Source of the DNA: Octopus vulgaris
Taxonomy: Eukaryota
Reading direction: 5' to 3'
Assembly: GCA_951406725.2 (NCBI GenBank)
Contig: OX597835.1
Location: 30,628,001 to 30,692,000 of the forward strand
DNA length: 64,000 bases
Of the stretch, positions 29,559 to 43,603 are shown piece by piece. A program made the translations under genes and the position numbers. Within the stretch, counting starts at the first letter, position 1; every line of letters starts with the position of its first letter. Under the pieces are notes generated by a model. That model saw only the letters and a list, made by a program, of their open reading frames with translations, did not search any database and was not told the DNA's origin.

Positions 29559-29672
29559 TTCTACCATATATATATATATATATATATACGAACACAAACA
29601 TACATAAACACTCACACATGTATATGTACATACACTCACGAACACAGACTCGGACACTCACACACTAACGCT

Positions 29673-29703
<31 letters not shown>

Positions 29704-30381
29704 CCACACACACACACACACATACCCACATGTTGTTTGAGTAGATCTGGCATTTAGTCAAAATACATACAAGTGCCATCCATTTAGTTTAGGTGCAAAA
29801 GGTAGATAGCTTTAACCATTGTTAATGTACGTCCTATGCCGACATGTTGTAGGGAGAAATGTTACATCGACGTCTCCGTTATGTTTCAATGTGTAGCTAA
29901 GAATAATTGCTCTGCGTCTTGTTTTTGGTTCCTTCCAATATGGCCGAAGCGTTAAGTGCCATATGGTTTTTTTTAAGCATTTTCGAATGTGAAGGCTAAC
30001 CTTTAGATAGCTAGAGCACCTAACCCTAGTCGTGTGTGTATGTGGGTGTTTGACTCTGTGTGTGTGTATGTGTGTGTCAGTCTGTATGCGAGTGTGTATG
30101 TGTAGGTTTGTATGTATGTACATATATCTTTATAAACTCACTTTTTCTTTCACACACAAACACCCACTTACACTTACATACACACATATATATATAAACA
30201 CACGTACACACACATACACACACGCAATGTATACATATATATGCACTATATACATTCATATATATGTACACATGTATAAGGTATATTTGCATCTGTCTAT
30301 CTATCTGTCTATCTTTCTGTCTGTCTATCTATCTATTTAACTGTCTGTCTATCTATCTATCTATCTATCTATCTCCCCCCA

Positions 30382-30472
<91 letters not shown>

Positions 30473-30892
30473 ATACATTGCACATATAAATTTTGTTTTT
30501 TGCGAAAATATGTCGAGTCGAAGTTTATCCGTTCTTGTGGAGCCTTAGCATAGTAATTTTCAGTGATTTGTTGCGTGTAGGATTTTTTCTCACTGTTGTG
30601 CTGGCATTTACAATTGTTTGCCATTACAGCTTTCCGTTTATCTCAGTTTATATATATATATATATATATAAATTCCACCTCCCTCAGGCATTCGCTCATA
30701 ACTGTTCTAGGATAACTCGGTATTCTAACAGCGAACCGTGTTTCACTTATCACAGATTGAGCAGTGATATCACGGGTTGGCTATCGGTCGAAGATTCTGC
30801 TTGGACTGCAAATATGCGTCCCAGCGATTCATCCACAACATAAGCTACGCAGTTTGCCTTGGTGATTACTTCTCTTTATATAATTTCCTTCT

Positions 30893-31182
30893 CCAGCCAC
30901 GCCTAGCTCATAAGGGCCGGTCTCCCGGTTTCCTTAGCGTATAGATTTCCCACCTGGACGGGACCCCGGTCCGTCGCAGGTGAGCTGCAAGATGCAGGAG
31001 GAAAGAGTGAGAGAAAGTTGTGGCGAAAGTGTCAGCAGAAGTTCGCCATTACCTTCTGCCGGAGCCGCGTGGAGCTTAGGTGTTTTCGCTCATAAACACA
31101 CACATCGCCCGGCCTGAGATTCGAACTCGTAATCCCTCGACCGCGAGTCTGCTACTATAACCACTAGGTCATGTACCTCCAC
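30893..31182 (-). mobile_element. SINE family C, tail type 2
   Basis: Head similar to 42300; near identical to 52895-53180. Confidence 0.8.
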
Positions 31183-31687
31183 CTCTTTATATGATCGTAC
31201 AGTGAGTCTGCATACGTTTCTTAGATGGATTTACTGATCAACATGGTACCCGGGGACGCAATAAACACAAAGCGCCTGACTCTATCAAGCGATGCAGATA
31301 AATGAATTCGCTACAGCAGAGATGATCTGGAAAATACTTGGTACTGGAAATTTAGCTGAAATGAGCCCGAGAGTTTAGAGCTAATGTATCTACATTCGTT
31401 TCATTTACAAAGTGCGTGGAGACGATTCATTTACTACTGTTATTTTTTCGCACTATGCATTTTGTCCGACGCGCTAACGATCTTGCCAGCTGGCTGCCAT
31501 ATTATGTCTAAATAATAAAAGATGGGGAAAGCATCCAAACGCTTTGGATCATAGGTCTGTTGGATCTAGATTAGCCAGGAACTAGACAACAGCATCACGA
31601 AAAACATCATCACCAGCATCATCCTTATGCTTCTCCTACTCCTCCTGACCATCATCGTATTCTTCTTCTTCTTCTTCATCATCATCG

Positions 31688-31764
<77 letters not shown>

Positions 31765-32005
31765 GTCATCATCATCATCAAAAACAACAATAACAACTGC
31801 AACTACAACAATTATCACAGCAGCAGCAGCAGCAGCAGAGGCATCTGTAACTGAAACAACAGCAATTTGATGCAACGAAGGAGTGTGTAAGGGGGTACAC
31901 GATCTGCTAGAAATAACTGCCAAGTTTCTCTAAACATCACGGTCAACTAACTTTAAAGGGAAATGATATATTGGGCAACGCTGACAGAGATCAGCTACGT
32001 CAGAG

Positions 32006-32037
<32 letters not shown>

Positions 32038-32581
32038 CGAGAAGGCCACGGCTGGAATATCTAAATATATTTGGTTATAGGTTGATTATAATAGGGAAAG
32101 ACCTGGGGCTATAAAGCTACCAAAAGGCTATTAAATCCAAGACATTTTGATGACGATGACGCCACCAGCGACGTCGACGACGATGATCATGATCATGATC
32201 ATGATGATAGCGACAAGCCAAGGGAATGACGATGATGGTGATGAAGATGATGGTGGTGACGATGACGACGAGGATGATGATGACGACGACGGCGACAGCG
32301 AGGAAGACAACGATGATCCTGATGCGGGCTACGTTAGACGAACCTGTCTAAGTCGCCTTTATTATTGTTGTTATTGTTGTTGTTGTTGTTACTGTCATAA
32401 TTGATAATATCTTTGTAAAACTGACGAGTAAAAAACATATACAAAAACACTTCAAAAAAGAAGAAAAAAACAATAACAATAATACAAACTAGAAAAAAGG
32501 GAATGAAACAAGAGCAAAAGCAACAACAACAGCAACAATAACGATGATAATAATAAGGATAACAACAACAGCAATAATTAC

Positions 32582-32630
<49 letters not shown>

Positions 32631-32708
32631 ATTATTATTATTATTATTATTATTATTTTGTTTGCCACATGCGCGAAGGATGAGGGGGACAATAATAATA
32701 ACAACTAC

Positions 32709-32783
<75 letters not shown>

Positions 32784-33400
32784 AATATAATAATAACATC
32801 TATGGTATTATTAATAATGCTGATAATAGCATAATCAAAATGGCGAACCGTGGGGATAAAAACAGAGGGAAAAAAATTATGGAGACAAAATGGATGAGGG
32901 AGAGAAAAAGAAAAGTAGAAGAAAAAAAAGGAGGAAAGAAGAGATAAAAGAGGGGAGAGAGAGAAAGAGAGAGAAGAAGAAGAAGAAGAGAGAGAGAAAT
33001 TATGGAGGAAAGAGAGAAAGGGAAAAAAATGACTTTCGTATTTACGGGCGTAGTTGTCATATCAGCTTTAATTTCTGCATGTGATGCGCAGTCAAATACA
33101 GATGGCACTGCGTGCACTCTCTATGCATGTGCACGCATGCACATTCACATACACACACACACACAGACACACGGACACAGGGAAGCATACACGTATACAC
33201 ATATCAAAATGTACACAGACGCATACCCTCACATACACACGCATGTAGACCTATATGTTAAACGTGTATGTTTACTGGAAAACCCTAATAACGATCTCAA
33301 TGAACCAGTAAACTGGGTAGACAGAGTTTGGGGGAAGCATAGAAAATCTATTAATCAGCCGTCAATTGTTCGTGCATCTGTTTATATACATATATATATA

Positions 33401-33630
33401 TCTGTAAAATAATATGTGACAATTATTCAATAGCCAAGATAAAACTCTGAGTTTCGGATGCCGAGGTGGAAATCCACAACACCATCTCTTCGGTTATATG
33501 GCGCCTGAAACTCAAAGCTTTATCCTGGCTATTGAATAATTGTCACATATTACTTTAGGGATAAATTTCCTCTATTTACATAATATTGAGGTCTTTTTCT
33601 TTCTTTTGTTATCTTACCGTTTTTACCAAC
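33401..33630. mobile_element. Short hairpin-plus-tail PLE-related element, copy 1
   Basis: Inverted arms of about 50 bp (33410-33457/33504-33552) followed by a tail ending ...cttaccgtttttaccaa; TA flanks; homologous to 48477-48697. Confidence 0.75.
33433..33502 (-). ncRNA. Type I hammerhead-like motif (U4C variant)
   Basis: GCCA-U-AUAA CCGAAGA GAUG..GUGGA-UU-UCCAC..CAUC C GAA ACUC-A-GAGU U UUAU-CU-UGGC. One unpaired C precedes GAAA. Confidence 0.65.
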
Positions 33631-33674
33631 ATATATATATGTGTGTGTATGTACACACACACACACACACACAT

Positions 33675-33714
<40 letters not shown>

Positions 33715-33742
33715 AAATAAGCAACAATGATATCCAGAGGTA

Positions 33743-33831
33743 ATGCAGTACGATCGTTTCATGCGACTCATTTTAATTGAACAATGAAAAATTTACATAA
33801 ATTTAAAATGTAGAGCAATCTTCAGCTGCAT
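33743..33831 (-). ncRNA. Type I hammerhead ribozyme, canonical core, long stem II
   Basis: AUGCAG CUGAAGA U UGC..CAUUUUAA..UUAAAAUG..GCA U GAAA CGAUCG UA CUGCAU. Stem I is 6 bp, stem III is the palindrome ACGAUCGU, GUA site. Confidence 0.85.
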
Positions 33832-34120
33832 AAAAATATAGAATTTATTTAAATTGGAAGGACTCATTTGTATAATTTTCATTTTATCCAAAATCTCCAA
33901 GAGGATAAGGAAATAGACAAAGAACATGTTTTACCAACAACATCACAGTTGTAACAGCGATCCCTGCTGTACTCTTTCATCACAACTTTACCTCACTCTT
34001 TCTTCTGTTGGCATGCTCGCTTAGCTAGCGGGGTGGAGTCATTGAAGGCTAAAGCAATGTGAAGCGCATTGTGACCAGCGATGTGTAGCAACATCTGTTG
34101 GCCTGTTCGGTCACGTGATC

Positions 34121-34197
<77 letters not shown>

Positions 34198-35294
34198 ACA
34201 CCTTTGTGTGTAACGACTGTCAATATGAACCCATACTTTATAGGAATAGGAAGAAGAAAAAGAATATTATTATCACTAGCAACAACAAAAATAAAGAAAC
34301 AATGACAATAACCCTTAATAGTTATATGTTTTTAGATATTTCAAACTTCGTTGTTCAGAAATTGCTGAACGTATATCCCTAGATACTTCGACATTAACAC
34401 GTAATGACACCAGCGTGTCGTTGATGATGCTAAGGCGACAATGTGTCAAAATGGTTAGCACCCTGGGACAAAATGTCTTGCGGCACTTCGTCCGTCTTTA
34501 CGTTCTGAGTTCAAATTCTGATGAAAATGGCTTTGCCTTTCGTTGTTTCGGGCTCGATAAAATAATTACAAGTCGAGCAGTTGGGTCGATGTATTTGACA
34601 TACCCGCTCCTCCAGAAATTGCAGGCATTGTGCGAAAATTTAAAATCGATATGCGATGATAATGGCGTTAATAATTATTAGTCTGGTAAGGGTCGTTTCG
34701 TTATTTGTTGCAATCAACCTTTCAAATATAATCGAATTACTAAATGATCGATATATTGTAAAGATTAAGACCGACAGAATCGTTAAGTATATCGGACAAA
34801 ATGCTTAACGGCTTTTCTTTCGGCGGTCATGCTGGGGCACTTGCCTTGAAGAATTATTAGTTGATTGAATCGGCCACAGTACTATTTTTTTAAAGCTTGG
34901 TACTTATTCTATCGGTCTCTTTCGCCGAAGAGGCTAAGTTACACGAGGGTAAGCACACTAAAATCGGTTGTAAAGGGGTGGTGGGGGACAAACGCAGACG
35001 CAGAGAAACACAAACATAGGAATATATACGACGGGCTTCTTACAGTTTCCGTTTACCAAATTCACTCAGAAGGTTTTTTGTCAGCTCGAGGTTATAGTAA
35101 AAAGATACTTATCGAAGAGGCCATGCAAGGGGACTGAACCCAGGAACCCTGTGGTTGAGAAGCAAATTTCTTACTACACAGCCACGCAAGTTATGAGTTC
35201 AAATCATTTCGAATTAAACTTAACCTTTCAACACTTCGAAGTGAATAAAAAGGAGTACCAGTCAAGTCCAAGGATCAATATAAAGCGGTTCAAA

Positions 35295-35690
35295 GCTGCG
35301 AGCTGGCAGAAACGTTAGCACGCCGGGCGAAATGCTTAGCGGTATTTCGTCTGCCGCTACGTTCTGAGTTCAAATTACGCCGAGGTCGACTTTGCCTTTC
35401 ATGCTTTCGGGGTCGATAAAAGAACTACCAGTTACGCACTGGGGTCGATATAATCGACTTAATCCGTTTGTATGTCCTTGTTTGTCCCCTCTGTGTGTAG
35501 TCCCTTTCGGGCAGTAAAGAAATAGGTATGTCGTTTGTCTCTACGTTCTGAGTTCAAATTCCGCCAAGGTCGATTTTGCCTTTCATTCTTTCGGGGTCGA
35601 TAAATCAAGTACCAGTTGTGTACTGTAATGATCTAATCGACTGGCCCCCCTCCCCCAAAATTTCAGTCCTTGTGCCTAGAGTAGAATAGA
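35295..35690 (+). mobile_element. SINE family B (gagctggcagaaacgttagc..gagttcaaattcc); further copies at about 12215-12390, 13330-13538, 24005-24205, 34440-34650, 35773-35990, 46170-46375, 55148-55285, 60600-61185 and 61870-62152
   Basis: B-box-like gagttcaaattcc and conserved ctttcatcctttcggggtcgataaa..gtaccag core; more than 10 copies in the window. Confidence 0.85.
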
Positions 35691-36419
35691 AAATAAAGTG
35701 GTTGTTTCTTCAACTCAAAATTGTTGGCCTTGTCCCATTATTTCAAACAAATCTATTATTATGAACATCAATGTGGTGAGCTGGCAGAACCGTTAGGATG
35801 TTGGACAAAACGCTTAGCCGGGTTTCTTCTGGCTAGTCACGTTCTGAGATGACATTCCTTCGAGGTGAACCTTGCTATTATTTCCACCGGGGTCGATAGA
35901 ATAAAGTCAAGTATTTAGGTCAATTTAATCGGTTTGCTTACTCTCTCTCTCTCTCTCTCTCATCAAAAATGCTGGCCTTGAGTTCTATACACATTGTTTC
36001 CTGCTGCTCCCGTTCACTCAGCTGTAGAAATGAGTTACAACATCACTGGTGCCAAGCTGTATCGGTCTTTGCCTTTCCCTTGGATAACATCTGTAACGTG
36101 GAGAAAGGTGACTGGTATGCACAGGTAACAGTTAGAAAGGAAATTTCTTGGTGCAGTCCCATGGTTATTCATGACCGAAGGTGTCTTTACCTTTTATATA
36201 GATAGATATTTACACATACATTCATACATGCAATTTTACAAACTGTATATGTATATGTATTCATTGGTCTCTATTTATGTCTTTCCATATCCCATAACAC
36301 GTGTATTTGAAAAACTAAACAGCGAAAGCAAACCTCACTGTCATAGAGTTAGTGACATTTTCTTGATTTTAAATATTTTTTATGTAATTAATATAAATTT
36401 TGTTTTAAGAAAATATTTC

Positions 36420-36476
<57 letters not shown>

Positions 36477-37099
36477 GCAATGCCGCTATCTCTATGAGGT
36501 CAAGCGACTTGGTCGGAACTTCCTCCATTGGCAGGAGATTTGAGTGGATGCTGTTCTTGTTGCAACGCTGAAGTTCGAGGTAATAGCATTGGAAGGTCGT
36601 AGTGGTGGAAGCGATGGCAGGGGTGGTGTGTTGTGGCAGGCAGCGATGTTGTTGCCGTTGTTGTTGTTGTTTGAGGTAGCGGTGGTGGTGGTGGTGGGGG
36701 CACAGCATGTACTGTTGAACAAAGGTGGAGGAGAGAAGGTAAGGTGTGGGGGTTAGGGGTTGGGGTAAATATACTTTTGCGAAAGGCGTGGTCCTTGAAA
36801 ACATCAAAAGCTGCACACAGAAGTTAAAATAGGAAACAACAACAACAGCAGCAGCAACAACAAGAACAACTACAATAACAATGGTAACAGCGTTAACAAT
36901 AAGTAAATAAAATAAGAGAAACAAACAGTTGCCAAAAGAAAAAGAAAATATTCCCGGCGACACAAATCCTTTAAAAGGTTGTCTCCTTAAGCCGCGCTCA
37001 ATATTTATATCTTATGTATGTGTATGTGTGTGTATGTGTGTGTGTGTGTGACTGTGTATACTTGTATGTATGGTTGTATATACGTATGTTTGTATGTTT

Positions 37100-37690
37100 C
37101 TATGTATTTGCGTATGTGCTTGTATAGATGTTTGTATGTATGTGCATCTGTGTGTATGTGTATATCTGTGTGTATATGTGTGCGCGTGTGTCTGTGTATG
37201 CGTGTATGTATGGTTGTATGTATATGTGTATGTGTTTGTATATATGTTTGTATGTATGTGTATCTGTGTGTATGTGTGTATCGGTGTGTATATGTGTGCG
37301 CGTGTGTCTGTGTATGCGTGTATGTATGGTTGTATGTATATGTGTATGTGTTTGTATATATGTTTGTATGTATGTGTATCTGTGTGTATGTGTGTATCGG
37401 TGTGTGTATGTGTGCGCGTGTGTCTGTGTATGCGTGTATGTATGGTTGTATGTATATGTGTATGTGTTTGTATATATGTTTGTATGTATGTGTATCTGTG
37501 TGTATGTGTGTATATGTGTGTATATGTGTGCGCGTGTGTCTGTGTATGCGTGTATGTATGGTTGTATGTATATGTGTATGTGTTTGTATATATGTTTGTA
37601 TGTATGTGTATCTGTGTGTATGTGTGTATCGGTGTGTATATGTGTGCGCGTGGTGTTTGTATATATGTTTGTATGTACGTGTATATGTGT
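37100..37690. repeat. ~116-bp TG-rich minisatellite, about 5 units
   Basis: The gcgcgtg marker recurs at about 37182, 37298, 37414, 37530 and 37647. Confidence 0.85.
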
Positions 37691-37908
37691 GTATGTGTGT
37701 CTTTGTATGCTTGTATTTATGTATGTAGGTTTATATGTTTGTATGTATGTATGTGTGCATATATTCATATGTATATGTATCTCTATGCATGATGCTACAT
37801 ATGTTTCTAAGGATAAATGTGTGCGTCATATACGTATGCTTGTATGCATTTGTTTATATATATATATATGTATGTATGTATATGTATATATACATATTTA
37901 TTTATTTA

Positions 37909-37942
<34 letters not shown>

Positions 37943-38085
37943 TAAAAACTAAATAGAAACATATATATATATAGATAGCGAGTAGATTAGGTAGGCAAAT
38001 ATATGTATATAATATATAGCAGTATATATATATATTGTGTGTGTGTCTATAAACACACGCGCGCACACACACACACACATATATA

Positions 38086-38542
38086 CAGGTCGTCATCACC
38101 TTACGACCACAATTGGTTCCGACTGAGTGGTCGTAAGTCGATTTTGTCGTAAGTCGGGCTATCGTCCTACAATGATTTGTTTCAGATTTTTACATTCTTA
38201 ATGTTCATTCTCAGGTAAAAGTCATACACAGCATTCTGTATTATACTATTATATTGGTGTTAGTCAAAAGTGTCGGAGTCTCAAGCAGTCGTCATATAAA
38301 CAAATACGACGTTGCCTCGATGTCGCCGCGACAGGATAATCATCCAACACAGTGGCGATCCATAACGGAACCAAGAGGAAGCTTTTGTTAGTTGACATCA
38401 TCCGTGGATAGGTTAATTTCTAAGAAATTAGCCAAATAGATTTCAACTGGACTATAAATTATTGCAGCCGATAGGTGACACGCCAATCGTTGTAAAGTCT
38501 ATCGGACGTAAGTCGGACAAACCTTAAGTCGGCGACGACCGC
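38086..38542. mobile_element. pogo/Tigger-like MITE
   Basis: TA-flanked; TIR-like ends caggtcgtc..cttacgac / taagtcggcgacgacc; subterminal cgtaagtcg repeats. Confidence 0.6.
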
Positions 38543-38560
38543 TATGCATAATATATATAT

Positions 38561-38636
<76 letters not shown>

Positions 38637-39119
38637 CTGTAAATGTACGCATATCTGTCCCTGAAGGAATCATATAAATGAATTTTGAATATAAGAAAAT
38701 GTGTGTTTTATAGCTACCATCTAAATCTAGATTTTACAGTGCCTGCTCGACTCCTCAGCCAGTGTTCAAATGTAAAGATTCTGCTGCTCCAAAAACGGTA
38801 AAAATATGAGGAGTAATATATATGTGTGTGTGAGTGTGCGTGTGTGTGTGTGCGTGTGTTTGCTTGTGTGTGTGTGTGTGTGTACGCGCTCATGTTTGTG
38901 TGTGTGTGTTCAATCTAGTCGGTGTTTGGACCAAACACAGACACCAAAACACACACACAGAAACACTGAAACGCATACGTGCAAGCATGCGCGTGCACAA
39001 ATAAAAACCTATACATATATCATATTATATACATACATACATATATATATATATATATGTGTGTATGTATGTGTGTGTGTGTGTGTGTGTGTGTATAAAT
39101 ATATATATATATGTATATT

Positions 39120-39163
<44 letters not shown>

Positions 39164-40117
39164 AAGGGCTTCTTCCAGTTCCTTTCTGCAGAATCCACTG
39201 ACAAAGTACTGGTGGACCCCAGGCAATGTCAGAAGACACCTTTCCAATGTGTCCCGCAATGAGACTGAACCAGGAACTATGTGGGTCGGAAGCAAAGGGA
39301 AGAGATTCAATGGCTGTACATAAAACTGGTGAAGCTTTGTCTTAAAACTAAGAAACGTGAAAATACGTGGAAACCTGGTCCTGGAAAGGCATTAAATGGT
39401 AAATGTAAAGAACAAAAATAAAGAAATGGGGGAGGCTTAGACATTTTTAGCTAGGCATTTTTAGCTGTGATAACGAACGATTATGATTGTAAAGATCAGG
39501 ATGATGATGAGGAGGAGGATGACGATGATGATCATGATGATCATGATGATGATGTTGAGGAGGAGGAGGAGGAGAAAGTGGAGGAGAAGGAGTTCGATGA
39601 CTACGCTGATGTCGGTGATGATGCTGATGATGCTGATACTGCTGCTGCTGATAATGAGGATGATGATAATGAGGAGGAGGAGGAGAAAGAGGAGGAGGGG
39701 AGGGGGAGTTCGAGAACTACGCCGATGGCGATGAAGATAGTGATGATGCGACACTGCTGCTGCTGCTGATGATGATCATGATGATGATGATCATGATGAT
39801 GCTGGTGATGGTAACATTGAATATGATGAAGACAACGACCATGACAATGACGACATCGATGATGACGGTGACGACGACGACGACGATGTGGAGGAGGAGG
39901 CGAAGGAGGTAGAGGTGGGGAGGATGACAGTGACGATGTTGACGGTGATGTTGTTGTTGATATTAGGGGTGGTGAAGTTGGTCGCGGTTGCAGTGCTGAT
40001 GGTGCCAGTGAAACTGATAATGCTACTAGCAATTTGGAGGACAATGATGGTAACTGCATGACGTCATTGACACCACTAAGCGGTTCTAATAACACCCACA
40101 CTTTCTCCTTCACTTTC

Positions 40118-40595
40118 GCCCAATGGTTTCTCTACATGGCAGAATTAATAGTCAAGACTATTTAAGCATCTTATTTGATCAAATTCATCCTATAGTTGTG
40201 GAACTGTTTCCGGAGGGAAACGCAATCTTTGAGGATGATAATGCGCCAATTCAGGCAGATAAAGTTGTTACTGAATGTTACGAGGAACATTCTAGTGAAG
40301 TTGGACATCTTATCTGGTCACCACAGTCCCCAGTTCTCAATATTATTGAACATTTATGGTGCATTTTAGAAAACCATGTCAGGAGTCGATATCATCCTCA
40401 ATCATCACTACAATAACTGGAGACTGTTTTCGTTTAAGACTGAACAAAAATGTCTTTGGAAACAATTCAAAATTAGTACGAGTCCATACCTCATAGAATT
40501 CAAGCTGTAATTACTGACAAATGCGGTCCTACTCCATATTAAAATAAATTTGTTTGAAACTTTAAGGTGTTTTCTTTATTTTGCCCAGCTTTTGT
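40118..40595 (+). mobile_element. Tc1-like transposase 3' fragment
   Basis: IFEDDNAPIQ...WSPQSPVLNIIEHLW matches the Tc1 DDE motifs; stops follow downstream. Confidence 0.85.
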
Positions 40596-40671
40596 ATGTA
40601 TAAAACTAGAAACAGACACAAGAAGTCAGAAGCAGATAAAAGAAATAATATATACACACACACACACACAT

Positions 40672-40751
<80 letters not shown>

Positions 40752-40964
40752 GACTAGCTTCTTTCAGTTTCCGTCTACCAAATCCATTCACAACACAAGG
40801 CTTGGATCGGCCCGAGGCTATAGAAGAAAACAGTTGCCCAAGGGGCCACGCAGTGGGACTGAACCCAGAAGCATGTGGTTGCGAAGCAAGCTTCTTAACA
40901 CGCAGCTAAGCCTATATATATATATATATATATATATAAGTATGTATGTATCTATATATGTACG

Positions 40965-40996
<32 letters not shown>

Positions 40997-41510
40997 ATTG
41001 TATGTATGTATATTTCATCATCATCTTCTTCACCTCATCCCTTTTCTTCTACATCTCCTCCTTCTCCTCCACCATCCCCACCTTCATCTTCATCTCGTCC
41101 TTCTCTTCCTTCATCACCTTCATATATTCATTTCCCACTCCTCGTATCCCTGTGTTGTTGCAGTTCTTGTTGCTGTTGTGGCTTTTGTATTTGTATTTGT
41201 TGTTGTTGTTGTTCCTCTTCTTCTTCTTCTTTCCCCACCTCTTTCTCCTATTCCTCTCCTCCTCACACCCTCCCTCCCTCCATTTCCCATACACGCATTC
41301 CGCTCTCTGATGGGATTTAACTTGTATGATGTGGACGTAGAATTTCAAAATTAGCCAACGTGTCACGGAACATTCCGTTTATATATGTTACACAGAAATT
41401 GAGAATTATCAAGACCAACCTTGTACAACGGATCATTGATGCGTGAACTTGTTGTCATCTCTCTCTCTCTCTCTCTCTCTCCCACAAACATAAACACATA
41501 CACATACTTG

Positions 41511-41571
<61 letters not shown>

Positions 41572-42232
41572 GCATACGCATACACACATGCCAAGTATTG
41601 TTCTCTCACATGCAAACACACAAACAAGCGTTCGCAGAGACACATATCTAAATAGATACGAAAATATAGTCTCTCTCTCTCTCTTTCTTTCTCTCTCTTT
41701 CTCTATCTCTCTCACACACTTTCTTTACATGTGTCTCATTCACTCTCTCTCCCTCCCTCCCTATCTCCTTTCCTCTCTCTCTTTCTGCATATACATATGC
41801 TTATTTGCATATAATATATACAATTTTATATACATACGTACATGGATGCACACATATATTCATATATTCACACATACGCGCGTGCACACACATACATACA
41901 TACACATACATATACATATATAAATTCATATACATATATATATATATTCACATATATAATGTGCCTAAGTTGTGTTAAATATACAGAAACATTTCATCTT
42001 ACTCAGCACTGTATGGAGAAACGAAACTTCAATCCTAAAAAGAAGATTGAAAAACATCAAAAATCAGACACACACGTTTATGTATATGCATGCGTTTATA
42101 TCTATATATATATTTGTGTGTGTATATCTATCTCTTCATGTATGTATGTATGTATGTATGTATGTATGTATGTATGTATGTATGTATGTACGTATGTATG
42201 TATGTATGTATGTATCTATCTATCTATCTATC

Positions 42233-42285
<53 letters not shown>

Positions 42286-42299
42286 GTGTGTGTTTGCAT

Positions 42300-42607
42300 G
42301 GAGGCGCAATGGCCCAGTGGCTAGAGCAGCGGATTCGCGGTCGCAGGTTCGCGGTTTCGATTCCCAGACCTAGCATTGCGAGTGTTTATTGAACGAAAGC
42401 ACCTAAAGCTCCACAAGGTTCCGGCAGGGGATGTTGGCAATCCCTGCTGTACTCTTTCGCCACAACTTTCTCTCACCCTTTCTTCTGTTGGCCTGCTCGC
42501 TTAGCCCGCTGGGTGGCGTCATTTGAAGGCTAAAACAAAACAATGTGAAGCGCATTGTGATCAGCGATATGTAGCAACATCTGACAGCCTGGTCGGTCAC
42601 GGTGATC
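42300..42607 (+). mobile_element. tRNA-derived SINE family C, tail type 1 (3' part also at 33935-34118)
   Basis: tRNA-like head ggaggcgcaatggcccagtgg..ggtttcgattccc. Confidence 0.8.
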
Positions 42608-42666
42608 ACTTTTGCATAATAGCAAGGATATGTATGTATTTGTATGTATATATATATATATATACA

Positions 42667-42733
<67 letters not shown>

Positions 42734-42736
<3 letters not shown>

Positions 42737-43129
42737 TGGCTGTGTGGTAAGTAGCTTGCTCACCAACCTCATGGTTCCGGGTTCAGTCCCACTGCGTGGC
42801 ATCTTGGGCAAGTGTCTTCTGCTATAGCCCCGGGCCGAACAATGCCTTGTGAGTGGATTTGGTAGACGGAAACTGAAAGAAGCCTGTCGTATATATGTAT
42901 ATATATATGTATGTGTGTTTGTGTGTCTGTGTTTGTCCCCCTAGCATTGCTTGACAACCGATGCTGGTGTGTTTACGTCCCCGTCACTTAGCGGTTCGGC
43001 AAAAAGAGACCGATAGAATAAGTACTGGGCTTACAAAGAATAAGACCGGGGTCGATTTGCTCGACTAAAGGCGGTGCTCCAGCATGGCCGCAGTCAAATG
43101 ACTGAAACAAGTAAAAGAGAAAGAGAAAG

Positions 43130-43130
<1 letters not shown>
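42734..43130 (+). mobile_element. tRNA-derived SINE family A (CORE-like), full length; further copies at about 552-642, 6449-6600, 8095-8275, 34825-35188, 39165-39295, 40749-40905, 55005-55148 and 60179-60592
   Basis: A/B-box-like head (tggctgtgtggt..ggttcagtccc), cttgggcaagt CORE-like block, internal (TG)n and purine-rich tail; many near-identical copies in the window. Confidence 0.85.
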
Positions 43131-43160
<30 letters not shown>

Positions 43161-43281
43161 TAAAAAGAAGTTCAACCTTGTCTGATTTTCACGTTTTATT
43201 TACAATCTTATAATGATATAAGATAATATAACATATAATAAAATAAAATAAAATAATAGAATGTTAAATGTTCATTCTGAT

Positions 43282-43326
43282 TGAACTAGTACTTTCATGC
43301 ATTAAATTCTGCAATCTTCAGGTTCA
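43282..43326 (-). ncRNA. Minimal type I hammerhead ribozyme (inverted copy)
   Basis: Reverse complement reads UGAAC CUGAAGA U UGCA gaauuuaa UGCA U GAAA GUAC UA GUUCA. Confidence 0.85.
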
Positions 43327-43404
43327 TGTAGTAGTGGTGACAGTCATGCTTCACAATTTTTGACAGTGAAAAAATTGTGAAGCATGACTGTCACCACTAC
43401 TACA

Positions 43405-43449
43405 TGAACCTGAAGATTGCAGAATTCAATGCATGAAAGTACTAGTTCA
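43405..43449 (+). ncRNA. Minimal type I hammerhead ribozyme, canonical core
   Basis: UGAAC CUGAAGA U UGCA gaauucaa UGCA U GAAA GUAC UA GUUCA. Stem I is 5 bp, stem III is the palindrome AGUACU, predicted CUA cleavage after 43444. Confidence 0.85.
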
Positions 43450-43603
43450 ATCAGAATGAACATTTAACATTCTATTATTTTATTTTATTTTATTATATTA
43501 TATTATCTTATATCATTATAAGATTATAAATAAAACATGAAAATCAGACAAGGTTGGACTTCCTTTTATTAATATATTCTTCTATACACAATCACACACA
43601 CCC

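Noticed and set aside
39467-40113. Acidic and Ser/Pro-rich ORFs as a possible NK1 exon
   Set aside because: Low-complexity triplet sequence with no eh1 motif or suitable donor.
42300-42370. tRNA gene
   Set aside because: tRNA-like head of a multicopy SINE; no complete cloverleaf.
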